A DNA stretch of 64,000 nt from the NCBI GenBank assembly GCA_021325135.1, contig JAJPHT010000020.1, positions 1-64,000 on the forward strand. Reading direction: 5' to 3'. The notes below the pieces were generated by a model. That model was not told where the DNA came from. It worked only from the letters and a program-made list of their open reading frames with translations, and searched no databases. Source of the stretch: Pseudomonadota bacterium. Its GTDB lineage: Archaea > Thermoplasmatota > SW-10-69-26 > JACQPN01 > JAJPHT01. Shown here in pieces: positions 19,645 through 29,950 of this stretch (the stretch's first letter is position 1; the number at the start of each line of letters is the position of its first letter). The translations under genes and the position numbers were made by a program.

Positions 19645-19854
19645 ATGGCCGACCTGCGCGCGTTCCTGGGATCGAAGTGCCCCTCCTGCAAGATGGACAT
19701 CCTCCAGCAGGAGCCCAGCACGAACCGCATGCCCGGCCCCGACCGCGCGTGGTGCCCCTCGTGCGGCGCGCGCATGACTGTCGAGCAGCTTGCCTCCGGC
19801 CCCGCGCGGGGCGGGCTCCTCAAGCGCCTCTTCTCCAAGCCCCAGCACGGGTGA
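19645..19854 (+). CDS. Small zinc-finger protein (CPxC...CPxCG)
   Basis: KCPSCK and WCPSCG motifs. Confidence 0.7.
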   Translation: MADLRAFLGSKCPSCKMDILQQEPSTNRMPGPDRAWCPSCGARMTVEQLASGPARGGLLKRLFSKPQHG

Positions 19855-19930
19855 CCGCGCGGCGCGGCCGGGACCTTCCGAAAGCCTTTCCCGCCCCTTG
19901 GCGGCTGCGCGCCGCGTGAGCCGAGTGGCC

Positions 19931-20494
19931 ATGCTCCGGGCGGGATACGGCGCCTTCGGTGTCGCCTTCCTCTCCCTTGCCGGCGCGCAGCTGGCGGGGA
20001 ACCTCGTGCTCCTCGCCCTCCTCGCGGGCCTCGCGGGCGGGCTCTGCCTCGCCCTCTCCAAGGACGACCTGCCCAAGTGGGCGGGCCTCGCCATGCTGGC
20101 GTACTTCGCGCTCTCGCTCCTGGCCTTCCTGGCGGCGACGCCCATCACCATCGGGCGCGGGGGCGGCTACTTCGTCAACGACAAGCCCTCGGCGGTCTTC
20201 GACGCGCTCTACTACTACGTCGTGCTCGCGTTCCCCATCATGCTGGGCGCCACCGCGCTCGCCTCCACGTGGGAGCGGGAGCTTCCGCCCCGCGCGCTCC
20301 TCATGGGCGCCGTGGCGGGCTCCGCGCTGTGGGCCGTGCTGAGCTACGCGCTCGTGCCGCGCGTGGACCCCAGCCTCGGCGTGGGCGCGGCCACCGCGCA
20401 GAACAACCTCCTGGCGCTCCTCGCGGCGGCCAGCGCGCTGGCGGGCGCCGCAGGCGCGGCATGGGCCGCGTCGCGCCCCGACGAATACGCGTGA
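19931..20494 (+). CDS. Hypothetical membrane protein
   Basis: About 6 hydrophobic segments; coding-like codon use. Confidence 0.7.
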   Translation: MLRAGYGAFGVAFLSLAGAQLAGNLVLLALLAGLAGGLCLALSKDDLPKWAGLAMLAYFALSLLAFLAATPITIGRGGGYFVNDKPSAVFDALYYYVVLAFPIMLGATALASTWERELPPRALLMGAVAGSALWAVLSYALVPRVDPSLGVGAATAQNNLLALLAAASALAGAAGAAWAASRPDEYA

Positions 20495-20498
20495 GCCC

Positions 20499-21059
20499 AT
20501 GCGCGCGATCCTCCTCTACGAAGGCGTGAGCGCGCACGAGGCCCTGGGCGCCCTGGCCGCGCTGCGCGCCGCGGGCCTCGACGCGGACCTCGTGGCCGCC
20601 GAGGCCCTCGTCGCGACGCGAGAAGGCGCGCGCCTCGTGCCCCACGCGCTGGGCTACGCGAAGCTGGAGGCGGCCCGCGTGGCCATCATTCCCGGCGGCG
20701 ACGCGGAGAAGGCGCTGCGCGACGCGGGCCTTCTGCGCGCGCTGCGGGCCCGCCGCGGCCAGTGGACCCTCGCCTCGGGCGACGCCGTGCGCCTCGCCGC
20801 CGCGGCCGGCCTCGCGGAGGGGCGCCGCGTCGCGCGCCTGCCCGGCGAGGCGCTCATCCCGGGCGCGGCCGAGAACGCGGCCTCGCGCCTCGTGGCGGAC
20901 GGCCGCCTCCTCACGTGCTTCCCCGGCGAGCCCCTCGTCGACCTCGTGCTCCACCTCGTCGAGCGCGAGGAGGGCGCCCCCGCCGCGCAGCGCGCCGCGC
21001 ACGCGCTGGGGCGCGAGCTTCGGACGTTCGCGCTGGGCGCCTCCCCGGGCGAACCCTGA
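20499..21059 (+). CDS. DJ-1/PfpI-family protein (divergent)
   Basis: ILLYEG....E, IIPGG, AAAGL..GRR, V.DGRLLT; canonical nucleophile-elbow Cys is absent. Confidence 0.65.
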   Translation: MRAILLYEGVSAHEALGALAALRAAGLDADLVAAEALVATREGARLVPHALGYAKLEAARVAIIPGGDAEKALRDAGLLRALRARRGQWTLASGDAVRLAAAAGLAEGRRVARLPGEALIPGAAENAASRLVADGRLLTCFPGEPLVDLVLHLVEREEGAPAAQRAAHALGRELRTFALGASPGEP

Positions 21060-21086
21060 AACCCCCGCGAAGGGTTCGCGCGGACC

Positions 21087-21542
21087 ATGCCCGTCGACGA
21101 GCAGATCCTCAAGACGCTGCACATCCCGCGGGAGGAGGCGCCGGTCGCGCGGCTCATCGGGATGCGCCTCGCCAGCGCGGGGCCCGGCCTCGCGACGTTC
21201 GAGCTGGACGTGGACCAGCGCCACCACAACCCCATGGGGAGCGTGCATGGCGGCATCCTGGGCGACCTCGCCGACGCGGCCATGGGCTACGCGGTCATCA
21301 GCACGCTGGCGCCCGACGAGACGTTCACGACGCTGGAGATCAAGGTGAACTTCCTGCGCCCCGCCTTCGAGGGGCGGCTGCGCTGCCACGCCAAGGTGGA
21401 GAGCCGCGGCAGGACCATCGTGTACGCGACCGCGGACGTGGTGAACGACGAGGGGAAGCCCATCGCCAAGGCCGTGAGCACGAACCTCGTGCAGAAGCGC
21501 CCCGGCGCGGCCGACGCGTTCCACCACCGGCCCAAGGCATAG
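21087..21542 (+). CDS. PaaI-family thioesterase
   Basis: NPMGSVHGG....LADAAMG, T.EIKVNFLRP hot-dog fold motifs. Confidence 0.92.
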   Translation: MPVDEQILKTLHIPREEAPVARLIGMRLASAGPGLATFELDVDQRHHNPMGSVHGGILGDLADAAMGYAVISTLAPDETFTTLEIKVNFLRPAFEGRLRCHAKVESRGRTIVYATADVVNDEGKPIAKAVSTNLVQKRPGAADAFHHRPKA

Positions 21543-21610
21543 GCGGCGCGCGACAGCGTTCGATCCCTAGAGACCATCTCCCCCCGCCTCGTCCGCAGGG
21601 GGGAAGACCC

Positions 21611-24052
21611 ATGCGCACGCCCGTCGCACCCCTCGCCGCGCTCCTGGTCCTGCTCCTCGCGGGCGCTCCCCTGGCGCCCCTCGTGCAGGGCGCCTACCTC
21701 GTCCCCGCGCCCGACCTCGTCGTCGACTCCATGACGACGCCCGACGCGGTCGCGGGCGCCTCGGTGACCTTCAGCGCGGTCGTGCGCAACGCGGGCAACG
21801 CCCCGGCGGGCCCCTTCGACGTGCAGTTCCAGGTGGACGCCGCCATCGTGGGCACGGGCCACGTCAACGCCGCCGCTCCGGGCAACGCCTACGCCGTCTC
21901 CTGCCCCACGGCGTGGGTCGCGCTCGCGGGCAACCACACGCTCGCCGTCGTCGTGGACCCGGGCTACGCCGTCTCGGAGTCCAACGAGACGAACAACTCG
22001 GGGAACCAGACCTTCCACGTGCGCGCGCCCGACCTCGTGGTCCTGGACTTCTCGACGACGCCCGCCAACCCCATCGTGGGCGACGGGATCACCTTCCACG
22101 CCAATGTCACCAACCGCGGCGACGCCGGGACCGGCGTCAACGTCGCGGTGAGCTTCTACGTGCGCGTCAACGGCACGGGCTACGAGCAGCTCTACCCCGC
22201 CCCCGACGGCGCGCCCCTGGCTCCCGGGGCCACCGCCACGTTCACCAGCGGGACCTTCGTGGGCGTCGAGGGCAACCACACCGTGCGCGTGGAGACGGAC
22301 CACTACAACCGCGTGCGCGAGAGCGACGAGACGAACAACAACCTCACCGCGGGCTTCGTCGTCACGCAGCCCCGCCCCGGCATGATGCCCGACCTGCTGG
22401 CCTCCCTCGTCGCGCCCAACAAGTCCCCCCTCCGCGCGGGCGACTCCGTGACCTTCAGCGCCAACCTCAGGAACGTCGGCAACGCGAGCGCGGGCGCCTT
22501 CACCGTGCGCTTCGAGATCGACGGCGCCCCCTTCGACGACGTCCGCAGCGGCGGCCTGCGCCAGGGCTTCCCCTACTACCCCACCAGCCGCGCGTGGAGC
22601 GCGACGCCGGGCAACCACGTCATCCGCGCCACGGCCGACGTCTTCGACGAGGTCGCGGAGCTCGACGAGTCCAACAACGCCGCGAGCGCCACGTTCCGCG
22701 TGAACGTCACGGGCATCGACCTCGCGCCCACGTCCGTCGGCGTCAAGGCACCCTTGGCCGGCGACACGACGCAGATCAACGCCACCATCGGCAACCTGGG
22801 CGACACCGGCTCGGGCGCCTTCTCGGTGCGCTTCTTCCTCGACGGCGCGCAGGTGGGCACGGACCAGGTCGTGACGAGCCTCGCTGCGGGCGCCACGAAG
22901 GCGCTCTCCTCCTCGACGTTCACCGCCACGCTGGGCTCCCACGTCGCGGGCGTGCAGGTGGACCCCCTCAACACCGTGGGCGAGGGCGACGAGACCAACA
23001 ACTGGGGCAACGCGACGTTCGACGCCACGGAGCGCAACCCGCCCGCGGACCTCGTCGTCACCGACGTGGGCGTGAGCCCTGCGAGCCCCATCTACGGCGA
23101 CCTCCTCGTCTACCACGCCAACGTCACGAACGCGGGCCCGGGCGCCGCGGGCACGTTCGACGCGTGGTTCTACTCGGGGCTCAACGGCACGCAGGGCGCG
23201 CGCACGTGCACGACCTCGGCCTACGCGGGCCCCCTCGCGGCCGGCCAGTCGCAGACCATCACCTGCGTCGGCCCCCGCGCGACCCAGGTGGGCACGCTCT
23301 TCCTGCGCGCGGAGGCGGACCCCACCAACCGCGTGCGCGAGAGCGACGAGTCCAACAACCTCACGACCACCTTCGACGTGACGGGGCCGCGCCCCGGCAT
23401 GCTGCCCGACCTCGTGATCAACTCCCTGGACGCGGGCAGCAACGTCAAGGCGGGCGACCGCCCCACCTTCCGCGTGGCCGTCCAGAACCAGGGCAACGCC
23501 ACCGCCAACGGCACCGTCGTGCGCCTCTACGTCGACGGCCAGGCCGTGGGCGACGTCGTCATCCCCACGCTCTACCAGGGCACGACGCTGGGCGGCGCGG
23601 TCGCCAACTGGACCGCCACCGAGGGGCCGCACACCCTCCTGGCCGTCGCCGACCCGGACGGCGCCATCGCGGAGCTCAACGAGGCGAACAACAACCGCAC
23701 GGTGAACTTCACCGTCGCCCCGGCCAGCGGCATCGACCTCGTGCCCACGTCGCTCTACCCGACGCCTGCGTACCCCTCCGCAGGCTACCCGGCGACGTTC
23801 AGCGCGAACGTGCGCAACCAGGGCGACACCCCCTCGACGTCCTTCTACGTCCGCTTCCTCGTGGACGGCGTCGCCGTCGGGGCCGACAAGCTCGTGCCCG
23901 CCCTCCAGGCCGGCGGCTCGACCACCGTGACCAGCGACTCGTGGATCGCGACCCGCGGCACGCACACGGTGACGGTCGTGGTGGACAGCGGCAACAACGT
24001 GGGCGAGACGCACGAGGACAACAACTCGCTCTCGACGAGCGTCGTGGTGTGA
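21611..24052 (+). CDS. Secreted protein with 7 tandem CARDB (Ig-like) domains
   Basis: Signal peptide; seven (P/I/A)DL...N.G...D..N.V.E..E.NN units. Confidence 0.9.
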   Translation: MRTPVAPLAALLVLLLAGAPLAPLVQGAYLVPAPDLVVDSMTTPDAVAGASVTFSAVVRNAGNAPAGPFDVQFQVDAAIVGTGHVNAAAPGNAYAVSCPTAWVALAGNHTLAVVVDPGYAVSESNETNNSGNQTFHVRAPDLVVLDFSTTPANPIVGDGITFHANVTNRGDAGTGVNVAVSFYVRVNGTGYEQLYPAPDGAPLAPGATATFTSGTFVGVEGNHTVRVETDHYNRVRESDETNNNLTAGFVVTQPRPGMMPDLLASLVAPNKSPLRAGDSVTFSANLRNVGNASAGAFTVRFEIDGAPFDDVRSGGLRQGFPYYPTSRAWSATPGNHVIRATADVFDEVAELDESNNAASATFRVNVTGIDLAPTSVGVKAPLAGDTTQINATIGNLGDTGSGAFSVRFFLDGAQVGTDQVVTSLAAGATKALSSSTFTATLGSHVAGVQVDPLNTVGEGDETNNWGNATFDATERNPPADLVVTDVGVSPASPIYGDLLVYHANVTNAGPGAAGTFDAWFYSGLNGTQGARTCTTSAYAGPLAAGQSQTITCVGPRATQVGTLFLRAEADPTNRVRESDESNNLTTTFDVTGPRPGMLPDLVINSLDAGSNVKAGDRPTFRVAVQNQGNATANGTVVRLYVDGQAVGDVVIPTLYQGTTLGGAVANWTATEGPHTLLAVADPDGAIAELNEANNNRTVNFTVAPASGIDLVPTSLYPTPAYPSAGYPATFSANVRNQGDTPSTSFYVRFLVDGVAVGADKLVPALQAGGSTTVTSDSWIATRGTHTVTVVVDSGNNVGETHEDNNSLSTSVVV

Positions 24053-24068
24053 GGCCGCCTCGGGGCTG

Positions 24069-25640
24069 CTACTCCACGCCCTTCGCCACGTAGGGCCCCA
24101 GGCGGGAGTAGCCCAGCTTCGCGTAGTAGGGCCGCACGCCGACGCCCGCCGTGACCACCACGCGCGAGAGGCCGCGCTCGCGGGCCAGGTCCTCGGCCTC
24201 GCGCACGAGGCGCGCGCCGTGGCCCTGGTGCTGGTGCGCGCCCTCGCGGTGGTCGCCGATGGGCACCTCGCTGCCGAAGACCTTCAGCTCGCGCAGGAGC
24301 AGCGCGCCCCGGCACTCGGGGCGGTGCGCGAGGGGCGAGGGCTCGCGCAGGCGCACGAAGCCCACGAGGATGTCCTGCTCCACGTCCTCCAAGGCCAGGA
24401 AATGCTCCGTGCCGCCGGCGCTGGGGTAGCTCTGGCGCGTGAGCGTGATAGCAGCCGGCTCGCGCCCCTCCTTGTTGGCGACGTGGCCCGCCTCGCGGCA
24501 GCGGATGCAGCGGCAGCGCGTCCCGCGGCGCGCCATCTCGGCGTGGACCAGCTCGCGGAGATTGAGCTTCTTGACGCCCGCCTCGATGCGCGGCGTGGGG
24601 ATGTCGCGGTCGATGCGCTGGATGCGCATCCACGGGGGCGTCTCCGCCTTGGCCTCCGCGAGGAGGTCCGCGCAGGCCTCCTCCGCGAGGGGCTCGAACC
24701 TCCCGGCCTTCCACATGCGGTGGAGCGCCGTGCCCTCGATGACGAGGGTGGGGTAGATCTTCAGCATGTCCGGCGCGAAGCGCGGGTCCGCGAACATGGC
24801 GCGCAGCGTCGCGAGGTCGCGCTCGCGGCTGCTCCCCGGCTGGCCGGGCATGACGTGGGCGCACAGCTTGAGCCCCGCGTCCTTCACCACCTGGAACGCC
24901 TCCACCGTCTCCTTCATGGTGTGCCCGCGGTGCGTGAGCCTGAGCACGTCGTCGAAGACCGTCTGCACGCCAAGCTCGTAGCGCGTGCAGCCCAATTCCA
25001 GCGAGAGGTCGACGTGGGGCGAGAGCGCCCAGTCGGGCTTCGTCTCGATGGTCAGGCCGATCATGCGCGACGGCGCCGACTCGTTGAGCGCCTGCGCCTC
25101 GGCGAGGGAGGCGCTCTCGCGGCCGTTCATGGCGTCCAGCGCGCGCTGCACGAACCAGCGCTGATAGCTTTCGTCGCGCGCCGTGAACGTGCCGCCCTGG
25201 ACGATGAAGTCCACCTTGTCGGTGGGGTGGCCCGTCTTGTGGAGGTCCGCGAGGCGGCCCGCGGTCTGCCCGTGGGGATCGAAGCCGTGGCGCGCGGCGC
25301 GGCGCGCGGCGGGCTCGTCGCCGGTGTAGCTCTGCGCGGTGCCGAAATCGGGGCCGCCGGGGCAGTACGTGCACTTCCCGTGCGGGCACGCCTCGGGGCT
25401 CGACTGCACGGTGACGATGGTCACGCCGCTGATGCTGCGCGTGGGCCGGATTCTCAGCGCGGGCTCGACGACCCGGCGCTCCTCGGGCGTCGCGGCGGCG
25501 AGGATGTCCGCGTTGCTGGGCAGCCGCGCGACGCCAAGCTCGGAGGCGAGGCGGATCTTCGCGTTCTGCACCGCGGCGCGGTCCAGGGCGCCCGAGAGGA
25601 TGCCCTCCACGATGCGGCGCGCGAGGACCTGCTCGCTCAT
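24069..25640 (-). CDS. elp3: tRNA uridine(34) acetyltransferase Elp3 (radical SAM + GNAT)
   Basis: CPHGKCTYCPGG, QSYTG.EP, GGTF, LKIYPTLVI, CRCIRCRE, RELKVFG, QHQG.G. Confidence 0.96.
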   Translation of the reverse strand: MSEQVLARRIVEGILSGALDRAAVQNAKIRLASELGVARLPSNADILAAATPEERRVVEPALRIRPTRSISGVTIVTVQSSPEACPHGKCTYCPGGPDFGTAQSYTGDEPAARRAARHGFDPHGQTAGRLADLHKTGHPTDKVDFIVQGGTFTARDESYQRWFVQRALDAMNGRESASLAEAQALNESAPSRMIGLTIETKPDWALSPHVDLSLELGCTRYELGVQTVFDDVLRLTHRGHTMKETVEAFQVVKDAGLKLCAHVMPGQPGSSRERDLATLRAMFADPRFAPDMLKIYPTLVIEGTALHRMWKAGRFEPLAEEACADLLAEAKAETPPWMRIQRIDRDIPTPRIEAGVKKLNLRELVHAEMARRGTRCRCIRCREAGHVANKEGREPAAITLTRQSYPSAGGTEHFLALEDVEQDILVGFVRLREPSPLAHRPECRGALLLRELKVFGSEVPIGDHREGAHQHQGHGARLVREAEDLARERGLSRVVVTAGVGVRPYYAKLGYSRLGPYVAKGVE

Positions 25641-25727
25641 CGCGCCGGCCCAGGCGGCTCCTCCTTCAAAAGCCCATCCGATGGCCGCGCCACAAGACGA
25701 AAACCCTGACGCCGGGCAGGAGCCGCC

Positions 25728-26033
25728 ATGAGCAGCCTCAGCGCGGACGAGATCCGGGGGCGCAACGTGGTGGACAAGGAAGGCATCCAGCTTGGCGAGG
25801 TGCGGGACGTCGTCTTCGACCCCGAGCGCTGGCGCGTCACCGGCCTCCGCGTCGGCCTCGACCGCGACATCGCGGGCCGCCTCCAGGTCGAGCGCCCGCT
25901 CCTGGGCTCGCCCGTCCTCACCTTCTCGGCGGACCGCGTGCAAGCGGTGGGCGACACGATCATCCTCAACCTGGAGGCCCAGACGATCGCGGACCTGCTG
26001 CGCGAGGGGGGTTCGGGGGGCGCAGCCCCCTGA
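25728..26033 (+). CDS. PRC-barrel domain protein
   Basis: G..VVD..G..LGEV.DVVFD...W.V, V.AVGD.IIL; the final codons derive from the adjacent palindrome. Confidence 0.85.
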   Translation: MSSLSADEIRGRNVVDKEGIQLGEVRDVVFDPERWRVTGLRVGLDRDIAGRLQVERPLLGSPVLTFSADRVQAVGDTIILNLEAQTIADLLREGGSGGAAP

Positions 26034-26097
26034 CGTTTTGGTCGTCTGCTGGAACGGCTCTTTCACGTCAGGGGGGCGAGCCCCCCTGAAACCCCCC
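26006..26097. repeat. REPIN-like inverted doublet of G5-C-GNA-G-C5 hairpins (family B)
   Basis: GGGGGGTTCGGGGGGCGCAGCCCCCTGACGT ... ACGTCAGGGGGGCGAGCCCCCCTGAAACCCCCC, between convergent genes. Confidence 0.75.
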
Positions 26098-26134
26098 ATT
26101 TTGCGCGCGCTGCGGCGCGCGCGACGAACCGATC

Positions 26135-26809
26135 CTATTCCTCGCGCTCCATCGCCCCAAGCGCCTCGCCGAACCCGCGCACGAGCGTCTCCACGAGCTT
26201 CTCCCGCGGGACGCGGACGCCCTCCTCCCCCAGGCTCGTGACGCGCGCGCGGATCTGCGCCTCGTCCGTGCGGAAGAGGCGCGCCATGCGCGCCTCGTCG
26301 CGCTCCACGATCACGGTGCCGTGCTGGAGGAGCGCGCGGCCGTCGCGCCGCTGCGCGCCGCCGCTCACCTTGCGGCCGTTCACGACGACGTTGGTGCCCT
26401 GGCGGCGCACGTAGCAGAGCGTCTCCCGCGTGTTGTCGGGCACGCTCTCGATCTCCGCGGGCAGGCCCAGGTGCCGCAGCGCGCGCACGATGCCCTCGGA
26501 CACGAACGCGAAGGAGCCCGTGATATCGCGAGGGAGCCCCGGGTGGTCAAGGGGCAGGACGACGGCGTAGGTGACCTCGCTCTCGTTGTGCAGGATCGCG
26601 CCGCCCCCCGTCGCGCGGCGCACGACGCCCAGGCCCCACGCGCGCGCCGCGTCGAGGTCCACGTCGGCCTCCGTCTGCGAGCGGCCCAGGCTCACCGCCG
26701 CCGGGCGCCACCCGTAGAGGCGGACCGTGGGGACCCCTTCCGCGAGGAGCGCCTCGTCGCGCGCCATGTTGGCGTGCGCGTCGAGGTGGCCGTCGAGGAG
26801 GAGGCGCAT
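26135..26809 (-). CDS. lplA: Lipoate-protein ligase A family protein
   Basis: NMARDEALL, SLGRSQ, VVRR.TGGGAILH, GRKVSGGAQ, LQHGT. Confidence 0.92.
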   Translation of the reverse strand: MRLLLDGHLDAHANMARDEALLAEGVPTVRLYGWRPAAVSLGRSQTEADVDLDAARAWGLGVVRRATGGGAILHNESEVTYAVVLPLDHPGLPRDITGSFAFVSEGIVRALRHLGLPAEIESVPDNTRETLCYVRRQGTNVVVNGRKVSGGAQRRDGRALLQHGTVIVERDEARMARLFRTDEAQIRARVTSLGEEGVRVPREKLVETLVRGFGEALGAMEREE

Positions 26810-26865
26810 GGCGGAGCCACGCGGGGGATTGGAGATGAAGGTTTGCTGACTCCGGCGAGCGCGGA

Positions 26866-27087
26866 TCACTCCTGCCTCCGTCTCCATGAGATGCGCAAGC
26901 CGTCGATCTGGAACGACTCCGCGCCGCTCTTGAGCATGGCCACCAAGGCGAGGAGAATCGCGCCAAGGATGCCCACGAGGGCCACCAAGGGCCAACCGAT
27001 GATCATCATGACCACCGGAGCGGCCATTCCCAGAAGGCTCCAGGCGATTCTTCGCGGCTCGATCACGGGCATCGCTCCGGGTAACAC
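26866..27087 (-). CDS. Small membrane protein in an atypical-composition patch
   Basis: Two hydrophobic stretches and a basic tail; more A/T-ending codons than neighbouring genes. Confidence 0.45.
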   Translation of the reverse strand: MLPGAMPVIEPRRIAWSLLGMAAPVVMMIIGWPLVALVGILGAILLALVAMLKSGAESFQIDGLRISWRRRQE

Positions 27088-27582
27088 GGAGCCGTGAAGG
27101 TGGGACGTGATACATATTCTCGACGTTCACGAGCGGATGCTATCGGACCTGGAGCGCTGTTCCCTATGATGCTTGCCATCCCATAGCATCGATGCTTCTG
27201 ACGCCCGCGCGAGGCGATGGGGCGCTAGCCCGGGCGCTGGCCTGGAGGATCGTATCCCGCTCCGGTCCGCATATGAAAGAGCGACTTGCGCTATCATGGC
27301 GGGATGGGTGGGGCCCGCCTCAGCGAAGGCGCGCTCGGGGACGAGAGCAGCATGCCGAGGAAGGAAGCAGGCGCGGGGGAGCCCGCGATGAAGGTTGCCG
27401 CGCCTTGGGCTTCGGGGCGCCCCGTCGAAGAGCATCCTCGAAGCTCAACGGCGCGGGCCGCCCAAGGGCGGACCTTGCCGGGGGCTCCCCGGCGGCTCCC
27501 TCGGGGCCATCGCCTTGCCTCGCACGCGGGGCCCAACGGGGAGGGAAGGCAAGCCCCTTGTCGTGGCGCTGCTTGAGGGTCC

Positions 27583-28884
27583 TCACCCGGCGGGGACCGG
27601 CGCGACGCCGGCGAGCACGCGCTGGGCGCCGCCGGGCGTCGCCACGACGAGGTCGCTCCCCGCGTGGGCGAGGAGCGTCGGCCCCAGGAGGCCGCCGTCG
27701 GCCACGGCGATCGTGCTCGCGGGGATGCCGAAGAGGTCGCGCAGGGTCGCGCCCAGGTCCAGCTCCGAGACGAGGAAGTCCTCGAAGCTCCCGGCGTCCT
27801 CGCTGGCGGCCTTGACGTGGAGGCGCACCGAGGACGCGGAGGTCGCGTCGCCCGTGCCGCCCACGTCGGGGAAGCCCAGGAGGAACTGCCCCGTGGAGCC
27901 CCCGGGCACCTGATCCGCCCACACGATGGGGGCCGAGCCCTCCGCCTTCTCCTGGCCCAGGGAGACGCCGCCGTCCCACGTCCCCGCGGTGACGGCGCCG
28001 GGGAAGTAGAGGCCGAAGAGGTCGCTCCAGCCGTGGGGGTAGGGCGATGCGGCGGAGAGGGTCTGGTCGCGGGCCGCGGCGGCGGGGCGCGCGTCGGGGG
28101 AGACGCTCCCCTCCACCTTGGGATCGCCGATGCGGATGGCCTCGGCGAGGGGGAAGAGGGGCAGGCCCGAGACCTCGTCGTACACGGCGACGTGGAGCCC
28201 CTGCCCGGTGGCCACCACGGGGAGCGCGATGGGGGCGCGCCCCTGCTGGGCCCGCACGAAGTCGTCCGGCGTCGCGGGGGGCGTGGCGGAGAGCTTGGGC
28301 GCCTCGGCGAGGAAGCGCAGGCCGAACGCCGCATCCGCCTGGGCCCCGCGGAGCGCGACGACCACGTGGAGGAGCGTGCCCTCCTGGCGGCCGTTCATGA
28401 AGACCTCGCCGAAGGCAGGGCTCGACCTGGCCTCGATCTTCTGGGCCTGCCCACCCAGGAGCCCCAGGGGCTCCACGGTCCCCGAGACGCTTCCCACGCT
28501 GAGGACCTCGATGAGCTTCCCGTCCTTCTCCGCGAACGCCGCCATCATCCACGCGCTGAGGTTGCCGCCCTCGGGGAGGAGGGGGGAGACAAGGAGGTCG
28601 ACGGCGTCGTACTGGTTGAAGAAGCGGTCCTTGTGGACGCTGCCCGCGGGCACCGTGACGTTGAACGCGGTGAGCGCGCCTTCGGGGGCGACGCTGGCGT
28701 TCACCACGAGCCAGTCGTCCAGCGTGGGGGCCCGGCTTGCGTTGGCGGGCGTCGCGTTGAGCCGCGCCAGGGCGGGGGGTGGGGGCTCGGAGGCCAGCGT
28801 CGGGGGCACCGAAGAGGGGGAGAGGCAGCCGGCGAGGCCGGTGCCTAGGATGGCGAGGACGGTGATCAGGGTCAGGGCACGCAC
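27583..28884 (-). CDS. Putative lipoprotein of unknown function
   Basis: VRALTLITVLAILGTGLAGC lipobox; long GC3-rich frame. Confidence 0.75.
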   Translation of the reverse strand: MRALTLITVLAILGTGLAGCLSPSSVPPTLASEPPPPALARLNATPANASRAPTLDDWLVVNASVAPEGALTAFNVTVPAGSVHKDRFFNQYDAVDLLVSPLLPEGGNLSAWMMAAFAEKDGKLIEVLSVGSVSGTVEPLGLLGGQAQKIEARSSPAFGEVFMNGRQEGTLLHVVVALRGAQADAAFGLRFLAEAPKLSATPPATPDDFVRAQQGRAPIALPVVATGQGLHVAVYDEVSGLPLFPLAEAIRIGDPKVEGSVSPDARPAAAARDQTLSAASPYPHGWSDLFGLYFPGAVTAGTWDGGVSLGQEKAEGSAPIVWADQVPGGSTGQFLLGFPDVGGTGDATSASSVRLHVKAASEDAGSFEDFLVSELDLGATLRDLFGIPASTIAVADGGLLGPTLLAHAGSDLVVATPGGAQRVLAGVAPVPAG

Positions 28885-29002
28885 GGGCGAAGCCTCCAAG
28901 CGCGCCGGCCAGTCCCGCGCCCTAACAAAGGCATTTTGGCGATTGGATGCAACTCTGCGGGGGGCCGAAACCCTCAAGGGTGGACCCTTCGTCGCCCCAA
29001 GC

Positions 29003-29923
29003 GTGACCTCGGCCCCCGCGCAGCCCAAGCCGCGCTGGCTCGTGCGCCCCCTGCCCAGCGGGCCCAAGGTCGCGCAGATCCAGGGCCTCCTGGCCGAGCA
29101 CAACCTCCACACCGTGTGCGAGGAGGCGCGCTGCCCCAACCGCGGCGAGTGCTGGAGCCAGGGCGAGGCGACGCTCATGATCATGGGCGACACGTGCTCG
29201 CGCGGCTGCCGCTTCTGCGACGTGAAGACGGGGAGCAAGCTGGAGATGATGGCGCTCCCCCTGGACCCGCTGGAGCCCGCCAAGGTGGCGAACACCGTCA
29301 AGACGCTGGGCCTCTCCTACGCGGTCATCACCAGCGTGGACCGCGACGAATTGCCCGACCAGGGCGCGGACCACTGGGCGCGCACCATCCAGGCGTGCCG
29401 ATACCTTGCGCCCGACACCGTGCTGGACGTGCTGCTGCCGGACTTCCGCGGCGAGCGGGACCTGATCCGGCGCGTCGTGGAGGCGAAGCCCCACGTCCTC
29501 GCGCACAACGTCGAGACCGTCGAGCGCCTCCAGGGGAAGGTCCGCGACCACCGCGCGAGCTATCAGCAGACCCTCGACGTGCTGCGCGCGTTCAAGGAGA
29601 TGGCGCCGCGCACGCCCACCAAGAGCGGCATCATGGTGGGGCACGGCGAGACGCGGGAGGAGCTTCTCCAGACGCTCCGGGACCTGCGCGCGGCGGGCGT
29701 CGACTTCGTGACCGTGGGCCAGTACCTCCGCCCTTCGGAGTGGCACCTGCCCGTCCAGGACTACGTCCACCCCAACGACTTCGTGGAGATCGAGCAGGCC
29801 GCGTGGGCCCTGGGGTTCAAGCATGTCGTGGCGGGCCCTTTCGTGCGCTCCAGCTACCGGGCCTGGGAGGTCGAGCGCCTCGTGCGCGAGGCCCACGGCA
29901 TGCCCGCCAGCAAGAAAGGCTAA
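29003..29923 (+). CDS. lipA: Lipoyl synthase
   Basis: CEEARCPNRGEC plus CSRGCRFC (two Fe-S motifs), HNVETV, GQYLRP, RSSY. Confidence 0.97.
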   Translation: MTSAPAQPKPRWLVRPLPSGPKVAQIQGLLAEHNLHTVCEEARCPNRGECWSQGEATLMIMGDTCSRGCRFCDVKTGSKLEMMALPLDPLEPAKVANTVKTLGLSYAVITSVDRDELPDQGADHWARTIQACRYLAPDTVLDVLLPDFRGERDLIRRVVEAKPHVLAHNVETVERLQGKVRDHRASYQQTLDVLRAFKEMAPRTPTKSGIMVGHGETREELLQTLRDLRAAGVDFVTVGQYLRPSEWHLPVQDYVHPNDFVEIEQAAWALGFKHVVAGPFVRSSYRAWEVERLVREAHGMPASKKG

Positions 29924-29950
29924 GTGGGGCCTCCAGGCGTCCGCCTCACC

